Assembly (NCBI GenBank): GCA_036165075.1
Contig: JAYZIW010000029.1
Location: 1 to 39,089 of the forward strand
Source of the DNA: Fidelibacterota bacterium
GTDB lineage: Bacteria; Fidelibacterota; Marinisomatia; Marinisomatales; Marinisomataceae
Direction: 5' to 3'
Length of the DNA: 39,089 bases
Position numbers and translations under genes: made by a program. Shown here piece by piece: positions 19,201-25,294 of the stretch (position 1 is the stretch's first letter; each line of letters starts with the position of its first letter). The notes beneath the pieces are model-generated. The model was not told the origin of the DNA. It ran no database searches and saw nothing but the letters and a program-made list of their open reading frames with translations.

Positions 19201-19493
19201 CAGTAAATCATTTGATTTGCATCTTCAATAGAGACATTCCCATATAGATTAATTATTGGAGTTTGATTTGATTGGGTTGCAAAATCACCTTTTAAAATAG
19301 TATCTGTTTTTTGAAAAATAATATTTCCATTGAGTTTTGTAATAGTTTCCGATTCAACAACAGAGGAAGTGAGGGTGTCAGCTTGTTTAAGTAAAAGCTT
19401 GTCTTGACTAAGGAGAAAAGAAAATAGAAACAATAAAATAAATCCTTTTTTAACCATATAATCTTTAACGAATCTTATTGATTTTTGTTTCAT
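16224..19493 (-). CDS. lptD: LptD/OstA-family LPS-assembly outer-membrane protein (large FCB-group type)
   Basis: - The ORF-track start (19589) overlaps the divergent gene. Likelier starts are ATG 19493 (MKQKSIRF...) or 19457 (MVKKGFILLFLFSFLLSQ, a classical signal peptide).
- OstA-like N-terminal repeats.
- Conserved block RRSGWIMPSFGSSDNRGNYLDGLGYYFAPNDY.
- Ends in an aromatic beta-signal (...YNTRSSF). Confidence 0.7.
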   Translation of the reverse strand: MKQKSIRFVKDYMVKKGFILLFLFSFLLSQDKLLLKQADTLTSSVVESETITKLNGNIIFQKTDTILKGDFATQSNQTPIINLYGNVSIEDANQMIYCDSLSYNNETEFFSMYGNIKIQNGSRFMTAKKATLDQISNQMTLLENCEINDEQNNRVYGDKILLGFKDESLESLKVISNGMILSQNSGYEKIDDKRQLVKNEDILKGETIFANIINDEIENIEMLGMASTLIHLYNDSLYDGINEVSGDKIILSLKNESAQKLIAEGGTIGRYTPNESNENVQEDIDYTADRVEFEVDTKISEMYGGVKILHDNMDLSAAHINVDWGTNILEAFSDNPFDDEEINRPILVENNREPMTGDTMVYNIKSRKGKILMGESRVQENVYMGSQITSVTDSTFYIDDCIFTSCDPSKFYLGSKQVKIIYGDKVIAKPLSIFIGGVPIIGIPIAIFPHSSSERRSGWIMPSFGSSDNRGNYLDGLGYYFAPNDYIGSENSIIFADRQGLILKSKNQYRDRYRFNGMFNFEIRKHLGEGETDIAQIGENNKTDYSFNWNHNQILRNNQTFRGSASYYSNGEYNRETSIDPIKRLNQQAISNITYTKRWKEPNVSISINASNKQDLMSKSKVDVTSSFYQAPSSLSSTITEDNSTLPSINFRVARRKLFKNLSQDSWAGNIQWDYSSRIVNNSKNFYEANEIADEDGNISYEWKQNDNGDPESSNKLDAMLKNAFSINAPFTAFKYLAINPSIKLNSDFVNRYRVAEYDETNAVSFRYEDEIKNRTTGNVGLSLSTKIYGVLPIRFNKIQSIRHVITPSMRFNFSPDYLNNDNYFQSFNDEYYDYFNSSIIGSTPSTSTKKLSLSLGNVFQAKIKDGDKEEKINILSWGISSGYNFNAEQFKLSNISSSIRSNLKNGVSIDANLTHDLYKFDDSAQMRINELDSFPRLTGIRLATNFTLLGKTNESQPESEKEFSDRTKEFLTDLSGNSWQSKIGISYTVNKINPSNTIENFWVNTNTSMNVTQNWKLNYNARFSISDKNIVRHNITLYREIDCWELFVDWTPTGYAKGLYFRLNLKSDILKDLKVEQKTGLYNTRSSF

Positions 19494-19530
19494 CTTTGTA
19501 AAGTAGAAATCTAATGTATAAATTGCTACA

Positions 19531-19842
19531 ATGTTAGAGAATCTGTTAAATAGCATTTCTAGTAATCCAGCATACTTAGCTGTAACCATTGTTTTAATGG
19601 CAATGATTGCATTTAGCGTAATTAAACGTTTATTTAAATTAGTGACGCTAGGAATAACTTTATTTATTCTTTATTGTGCATATCTTCTTTTTACTGATCA
19701 GCCTTTACCAGACCTAGATAATATTAAAACTCAATCACAAGAGATCGAAAAGTCTGTTAATACTATGATTCAAGATAGTGTACTAGAGCCCTTGCAAGAA
19801 AAAACAGATGAAATAAAAGATAATTTAAATAGTTTAAAATAA
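19531..19842 (+). CDS. Hypothetical small membrane protein (two TM helices plus an acidic/lysine-rich tail)
   Basis: 103 aa. Fills the only gap between lptD-like and the SDR gene. Hydrophobic helices AYLAVTIVLMAMIAFSVI and LVTLGITLFILYCAYLLF. No recognisable family and no obvious SD. Confidence 0.45.
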   Translation: MLENLLNSISSNPAYLAVTIVLMAMIAFSVIKRLFKLVTLGITLFILYCAYLLFTDQPLPDLDNIKTQSQEIEKSVNTMIQDSVLEPLQEKTDEIKDNLNSLK

Positions 19843-19852
19843 AGGAATTAAT

Positions 19853-20701
19853 ATGTTTCAAGATGGTTTATTAAAAGATAAAACAATTGTTATCACCGGT
19901 GGTGGTACTGGTTTAGGAAAAAGCATGTCAAGGCGCTTTGGAGAGCTTGGTGCAAATATTGTTATTAGCGGAAGAAGAGCAGAAGTCTTAGAAGAAACCG
20001 CACAAGAATTTTCTGATTTAGGAATCAATGTACTAACCTGCCCAGGCGATGTTAGAAAGTTGGAAGACGTAGAACTAATGACAAAGCAAACAATTGATAA
20101 GTTTGGGAGAATTGATAATTTATTAAACAATGCAGCAGGAAATTTTATTTCTCCAACAGAGATGTTAAGTCCAAATGCATTTAAAACAGTTATTGATATT
20201 GTATTAATGGGGACATGGAATTGTATTAGTACGATTGGTAAAGAAATGATTAAAAATAAAAAAGGAAACGTCTTAAGTATTGTTACAACATACGCATGGA
20301 CAGGTTCGCCTTTTGTTGTTCCATCTGCTGCTGGTAAAGCAGGCGTATTAGCAATGACTAGATCATTAGCAGTAGAATGGGGTAAGCATAATATTCGATT
20401 TAATGCAATTGCGCCGGGTCCATTCCCAACAGAAGGAGCATGGTCACGTTTAATGCCACCAGGATTTGATGATTTTGAAGAGGGAATGAAGAATAAAATT
20501 CCTATGAAACGATTTGGTGAACGTCATGAACTAGAAAATCTTGCATCGTACTTAATGAGTGATGGTTCAGCCTATATTAATGGTGAAGTAGTCACTATTG
20601 ATGGGGGTGAATGGATTGCCGGAGCAGCAGAATTTAGTGAGCTTACTAAATTACCAGACTCTATGTGGAAAGCAATGGCAGAAAGAAGAAAGAAAAAATA
20701 A
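19853..20701 (+). CDS. SDR-family oxidoreductase, 2,4-dienoyl-CoA reductase (DECR/FadH YkuF)-like
   Basis: 282 aa. VITGGGTGLGKSM cofactor motif, NNAAGNF, overall DECR-like layout, lysine-rich C-terminus. AAGGA SD. Confidence 0.75.
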   Translation: MFQDGLLKDKTIVITGGGTGLGKSMSRRFGELGANIVISGRRAEVLEETAQEFSDLGINVLTCPGDVRKLEDVELMTKQTIDKFGRIDNLLNNAAGNFISPTEMLSPNAFKTVIDIVLMGTWNCISTIGKEMIKNKKGNVLSIVTTYAWTGSPFVVPSAAGKAGVLAMTRSLAVEWGKHNIRFNAIAPGPFPTEGAWSRLMPPGFDDFEEGMKNKIPMKRFGERHELENLASYLMSDGSAYINGEVVTIDGGEWIAGAAEFSELTKLPDSMWKAMAERRKKK

Positions 20702-21454
20702 ATGTTTAGTTTAAAAGATAGGACAGCTATTGTTTCTGGTGGATCCAAAGGTATAGGAAAAGCTATTGCATTAAAATATGCTGAAGCAGGCGCAAATGTG
20801 GTTATTTGTAGTCGAAAAAAAGATAATCTAGATAGCACTGTCGCTCAAGCTAAATCATCTGGGTTAGACATAATTGGTATTGAATGTAATACTGGAGATA
20901 TCAAATCTATTCAACGTGTTGTTGACTACACTATTGAAAAATTTGGGAAGATAGATATTTTAGTGAATAATGCAGCTGCTAATCCTTATTATGGGCCAAT
21001 TTTAAATTCTGAAGATAGCCATTGGGAGAAAATCTGGGATGTTAACGTTAAAGGGTATTTTAATTTCATTAAAGCGTGTAGTTCATCTATGGAGCAACAT
21101 AAATATGGTAAGATTATTAATGTTTCATCGGTAGCAGCAAAAACTCCATTAGATGGCTTAGGGGTGTACAATATTAGCAAAGCAGCCGTAGTAATGTTAA
21201 CAAAGGTTTTAGCAAAAGAAATGGCCGCATCTAATATTCAAGTCAATACTTTAGCTCCAGGATTAATTAAAACTGACTTTAGTAAAGCTTTATGGGAAAA
21301 TGAGTCAGTTTATAATCAAATTATCAAGTCTATTCCACAAGGAAGAATGGGAGAGCCAGAAGATATATCTGGTATGGCCTTATATTTAGCTTCTGATGCC
21401 TCAGATTTTATTACTGGATCGATGTTTGCAGTAGATGGCGGATTAACTACCTAA
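20702..21454 (+). CDS. SDR-family oxidoreductase, DHRS4-like
   Basis: 250 aa. The start ATG directly abuts the upstream TAA. VSGGSKGIGKAIA, NNAAANPYYGP, YNISKAA (YxxxK), LAPGLIKTDFSKALW and RMGEPEDI blocks closely parallel human DHRS4 as I recall it. Confidence 0.8.
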   Translation: MFSLKDRTAIVSGGSKGIGKAIALKYAEAGANVVICSRKKDNLDSTVAQAKSSGLDIIGIECNTGDIKSIQRVVDYTIEKFGKIDILVNNAAANPYYGPILNSEDSHWEKIWDVNVKGYFNFIKACSSSMEQHKYGKIINVSSVAAKTPLDGLGVYNISKAAVVMLTKVLAKEMAASNIQVNTLAPGLIKTDFSKALWENESVYNQIIKSIPQGRMGEPEDISGMALYLASDASDFITGSMFAVDGGLTT

Positions 21455-22095
21455 TCAGTTAGCCAACTATAGAAATCGTCAATATGTTCAAAAGTATAAG
21501 CACCGGTTGCTTTTAATCTCTCTACATCATTGTGTCCATTATAGACTAAAGCACAATCAATGCCCAATGATTGGGAAACACTGAAGTCTAATATGCTATC
21601 ACCAACAATAATAGTTTCAGATGCGGGAATATCTACAGCCATCATTAGTTCACCGCCTTCATATTCTTTCCCATAGCCTGATGGTGTGCTACTTATTCCT
21701 ACAATATTATCTAAGTAGTTGTGCAGATCAAAAAATCCTACTTGCTCTGTAAGTCTTTGTTGTATAGTGGCAGACAGAATGCTTTGAATGGTATTTGTTT
21801 CATTTATTTTAATGATAGTTTCCTTAGCAAATGGCTGAAGAGCTAATTTTCTAAATTGTTGCTCAAATCCATCATGAAATTCTTTATTAGTTTTTTCAAA
21901 TGGTTCATTTTCAAAATTAAATCCCACTGATTCATAAAATGTTTTAATTGGGAAAAGAAACTTTTCTCTATATTGCTGGATGGTGACTTTAGGGATATCG
22001 CGCTTACTAAGGGATTGATTAAGAAGGGCTACGCAAAGCGATGTATCATTTAACAAAGTCCCATTCCAATCCCATATTATATGCTTATATTTCAT
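21451..22095 (-). CDS. HAD-superfamily hydrolase (subfamily IA, phosphoglycolate-phosphatase-like)
   Basis: Preferred start MKYKHIIWDWNGTL (ATG 22095); the track's longer form adds 16 hydrophobic residues. Motif I is DWNGTL, with Asn at Asp+2. Motif II ILSAT, motif IV VGDSILD. Confidence 0.8.
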   Translation of the reverse strand: MKYKHIIWDWNGTLLNDTSLCVALLNQSLSKRDIPKVTIQQYREKFLFPIKTFYESVGFNFENEPFEKTNKEFHDGFEQQFRKLALQPFAKETIIKINETNTIQSILSATIQQRLTEQVGFFDLHNYLDNIVGISSTPSGYGKEYEGGELMMAVDIPASETIIVGDSILDFSVSQSLGIDCALVYNGHNDVERLKATGAYTFEHIDDFYSWLTD

Positions 22096-22726
22096 GGATT
22101 TGAAAATAGACAAAAAAATTACATTAATAAAGAAAAGACTCAATGAAAGTTTGCCTGGGTGGGATAGTCAAAAGAAAATGGCAGTAATGCCTATTAGTCC
22201 TATAACACGACTTGCTTTTATTCCTCCAGCAGATGCAAAGCTAGCAGCAGTAGCTATTATATTATTCCAAGAAGATAATAAGTTAAAATTTTTCTTAACC
22301 AGAAGAACATCTAATGTTGATCACCACAAAGGACAGATTTCTCTTCCTGGCGGTGCAAAAGATGAAGGTGAATCATTTGAAGATGCTTCTTTACGTGAAA
22401 GCGAAGAAGAAATTGGAGTTAATGTTGATTTAGATTTACTTGGGGAATTAACACCGCTCTATGCACCTGTCTCTGGATTTCTGATTCATTCATATATCTG
22501 GTATTCTAGAGAAAGACCAAATACTAGAATTAATGAAGATGAAGTCGAGTCAATACATGATGTTGATTTAGATGAATTACAAGATGAGAATGTCTTATCC
22601 ACTAAGCCTGTCAAAATAAGAGGATTAAACATTAAAGTACCAAGTTTTAAGTTTGACAGTTGCACCTCTTGGGGTGCAACTGCTATGATTTTATCAGAAT
22701 TAAAAGATACCTTAGCTGAAATCTAA
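22094..22726 (+). CDS. Nudix hydrolase, CoA pyrophosphatase (NudL/NUDT7)-like
   Basis: 210 aa. Nudix box GGAKDEGESFEDASLRESEEEIGV preceded by LTRRTSNVDHHKGQISLPGG, the pattern that marks the CoA-diphosphatase subgroup. An alternative start is at M29 (22178). Confidence 0.8.
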   Translation: MDLKIDKKITLIKKRLNESLPGWDSQKKMAVMPISPITRLAFIPPADAKLAAVAIILFQEDNKLKFFLTRRTSNVDHHKGQISLPGGAKDEGESFEDASLRESEEEIGVNVDLDLLGELTPLYAPVSGFLIHSYIWYSRERPNTRINEDEVESIHDVDLDELQDENVLSTKPVKIRGLNIKVPSFKFDSCTSWGATAMILSELKDTLAEI

Positions 22727-23797
22727 ATCAGTATCACAATTTGAGCATGAACTACTTGCTTGAGCATCAACTTCTTCAAAGCATGTAGGACATTTTTCAT
22801 TCATTGGTGATTTCTCATCTTTGACAACAGCTGGAGATCCTTGGGATGCTCTAGTCCATAAGAATGAGACCATTGCTAAGGTGAAAAGGTATGCTATAAC
22901 TTCTCGATAACTTGGATTACCATTATAGCCAAAAAATCCTTTAAAAATTTGTCCTAATGCACCTTTATCACTAAATAATGGCCTAGGATTTCCTCCGTCA
23001 TCTATATTAAATGCTAGAACTGGACCTTTATCATTAATATTCCAAATTTCATTATTTTTCATTACTGCTTTAGCTTCTTTTAATTCAGCTTTAGCTGCTT
23101 CCAATCTTTCTATTTGCAATGGAGTTGGTCCTGAAGAAGAATACTCGTTTTCTAGATTTTGTATTTCACTCATAGCACGATATTTGGGAACTTCATCAAA
23201 CTCATGCACTCCATACGCAACTAAACCAGAACACACAAAAATAAGAAGTATTGATGTATAATTGAAAAATTGTTTAAGTGGAACTTTTTGCCCTTGAACA
23301 AATATTTGATATCCAAGGAATAGCGAAACAATCGAACCAAATAATGCACCAACTATTGAAAGATCTCCTGTTGAAAATATAATCGCATATAAGAATAGTA
23401 CAACTTCAACACCTTCTCTAAAAATAGCAAAAAAAGTAAGCGCAAATAATCCTAATGCAACATTTTTATCTTTTTCGATTATTGAGGAAGCTTCTTTCTC
23501 TAAACTTTCAGCAACATTTTTATTTCGAGCCATCCATACAATCATTGTTGAAAGAAGTATTGCTGCGATAATCATCGTAACACCTTCAAAGATTGCCGCT
23601 TGATGTCCATTAAACCCGCCTAATAAGACTTGAAAAATTACAGCAAAAATTCCTGTCATAGCGAATGCAGCTATTACACCATTAGTAATACTTTTTGTTA
23701 AATGTTTTCTTCCAGTTTTGATAATAAAAGTATAAAGAATTCCAACTACGAGGACTCCTTCAAGCACTTCTCTGAACATTATTAAAAATTCACTCAT
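22712..23797 (-). CDS. FTR1/EfeU-family high-affinity iron permease with extended loop and Cys-rich C-terminal tail
   Basis: Start at ATG 23797, preceded by AAAAAAGGGGAGAATAAT. Two REXXE motifs (REVLE in TM1, REGVE in TM4) and about 7 TM helices. About 100-aa loop between TM6 and TM7, and a 46-aa tail containing CPTC-x11-CSNC. Confidence 0.85.
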   Translation of the reverse strand: MSEFLIMFREVLEGVLVVGILYTFIIKTGRKHLTKSITNGVIAAFAMTGIFAVIFQVLLGGFNGHQAAIFEGVTMIIAAILLSTMIVWMARNKNVAESLEKEASSIIEKDKNVALGLFALTFFAIFREGVEVVLFLYAIIFSTGDLSIVGALFGSIVSLFLGYQIFVQGQKVPLKQFFNYTSILLIFVCSGLVAYGVHEFDEVPKYRAMSEIQNLENEYSSSGPTPLQIERLEAAKAELKEAKAVMKNNEIWNINDKGPVLAFNIDDGGNPRPLFSDKGALGQIFKGFFGYNGNPSYREVIAYLFTLAMVSFLWTRASQGSPAVVKDEKSPMNEKCPTCFEEVDAQASSSCSNCDTDLDFS

Positions 23798-23863
23798 ATT
23801 ATTCTCCCCTTTTTTGAGACTTAATCTCAATTTTGAGGTTCTAATATAGATAGAATTATATTA

Positions 23864-24304
23864 TCATTCAACAATCATGTAGCCACGCATAGACATTGCA
23901 TGTGCTATATATGTACAAACATAAAGATACTTACCTGGTTTTTTTGGTACAGTAAACTCCACAAAAGTCTCTTCTTGTTTGTCTGCTAATGGAGTCATTG
24001 CTAAAATTCTTCCATCAGGATATGGTTCTCCACCATTACCTTCGGCTAATCCAATAATCATTGGTGCTGCAGATTCATCTTTAAAGATGACTACATTATG
24101 TTGCATCTCACCCATGAAATCAAGTGGCGTATTATTTTTCATTACTATTCTCACTGTAGATCCAGCTTTTACAGTAAATTCTTCCACATCAAATTTCATT
24201 TCTGCTCCCAATGATCCAATATTAACTACTTGGATTTCTTGGTTTTGACCACCACCACAATTAATTATAATTAGTGCAAGTAATGTGACTAGTATTTTTT
24301 TCAT
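23864..24304 (-). CDS. Cupredoxin (azurin/plastocyanin-like type-1 copper) lipoprotein
   Basis: 146 aa. Lipobox IINCGGG. Candidate copper ligands are the His in MQHNVVIF and C..(4)..H..M in YVCTYIAHAMSMRGYMIV. SD context AAAAAGGGGAATAATA. Confidence 0.75.
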   Translation of the reverse strand: MKKILVTLLALIIINCGGGQNQEIQVVNIGSLGAEMKFDVEEFTVKAGSTVRIVMKNNTPLDFMGEMQHNVVIFKDESAAPMIIGLAEGNGGEPYPDGRILAMTPLADKQEETFVEFTVPKKPGKYLYVCTYIAHAMSMRGYMIVE

Positions 24305-24325
24305 TATTATTCCCCTTTTTTATTA

Positions 24326-24625
24326 TTAATCATATCTTAATATTTCAATGTTATTACCAGAACGATCTTTTATATAAACCGATACAGACCCATCTCTATG
24401 TGTTATAGGTGTACCATACTTTTCAACATCATCCTTTAAAATTGCAAAATGAAATGGATGTTGTTCTGGTAGGACTAAAGCTAGTTTTATGTTTTCAAAT
24501 TCAAGCATAGCCCATGAATCATCTTGATAAAGAATATCACAAATAAAGTTATCTTTATACCATGCTACTGATTCAGTGATATTATCAGTACATATAGCCA
24601 GATGATCTATAATATCTTTTTTCAT
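24326..24625 (-). CDS. Small VOC (glyoxalase/bleomycin-resistance/dioxygenase fold) protein
   Basis: 99 aa. Starts like a VOC domain (IDHLAICTDNITESVAWYKDNF) and ends ...DRSGNNIEI. Corresponds to a single VOC domain, so it is presumably a dimer. Confidence 0.65.
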   Translation of the reverse strand: MKKDIIDHLAICTDNITESVAWYKDNFICDILYQDDSWAMLEFENIKLALVLPEQHPFHFAILKDDVEKYGTPITHRDGSVSVYIKDRSGNNIEILRYD

Positions 24626-24655
24626 AAGATTGGTAGTGAATATTAATAAAACTAT

Positions 24656-25288
24656 ATGTATTTTGATAGGAGTATGAATGATAAAATTCCAATTTTCCCA
24701 CTCCCTTTAGTACTTCTTCCTGGCGAAAAACTACCATTACATATTTTTGAAGAAAAATACAAAAAAATGATTGAGCACTGCCTAAAGAACAATAAAAAAT
24801 TTGGTATTATTAATTCAAAAAATAATGACTCTTTGATTATTGGATGCACCGCATCTATCGATCAAGTGGTTGGCGGTGAGAATGAAAGCAGAGAATATGA
24901 TATCTTAGTATCTGGTACGGAGAGATTTATTGTAAAGAGTTATAATACTTCAGAAGACTATAAACAGGCATATGTTAAAACATGGAACGATATAGACGAT
25001 ACTATTGATGAAGCTTTATTACAGGAAGCAAATATTTTTCTCTATGAGGTATTGCTCAAATTGGGAGCATCTTCTAAAATTCCACAAATCAATATGCCAA
25101 AAAGTTCTTTTGAAATTGCTTCTATGCTAGATATAGATAAGAGAGCAAAAAAAATTCTATTAAAGAGCCAATCTGAAAACGATCGCTTAATTGTGTTGAA
25201 AAGAATATTAAAGAAGGCAATTATTAAGATTGATTATGAAGACCCTGCTAGATCTGGCTACCCTAGCTACGCACAGTTTGAAGCATAA
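24656..25288 (+). CDS. LON N-terminal (substrate-binding, PUA-like) domain protein without ATPase or protease domains
   Basis: 210 aa. IPIFPLPLVLLPGEKLPLHIFEEKYKKMI is the canonical start of Lon N-terminal domains. An alternative start is at 24674. Confidence 0.75.
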   Translation: MYFDRSMNDKIPIFPLPLVLLPGEKLPLHIFEEKYKKMIEHCLKNNKKFGIINSKNNDSLIIGCTASIDQVVGGENESREYDILVSGTERFIVKSYNTSEDYKQAYVKTWNDIDDTIDEALLQEANIFLYEVLLKLGASSKIPQINMPKSSFEIASMLDIDKRAKKILLKSQSENDRLIVLKRILKKAIIKIDYEDPARSGYPSYAQFEA

Positions 25289-25294
25289 ACTCTT

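Noticed and set aside
19494-19589. N-terminal extension of the lptD-like ORF (MVTAKYAGLLEMLFNRF...) that overlaps the divergent 103-aa gene.
   Set aside because: The internal ATGs at 19493 and 19457 give a canonical signal peptide and remove the overlap. The extension has no signal-peptide character.
22096-22143. 16-residue hydrophobic N-terminal extension of the HAD ORF (MSLFFINVIFLSIFKS).
   Set aside because: HAD motif I normally sits within about 10 residues of the N-terminus. The extension would run further into the Nudix gene.
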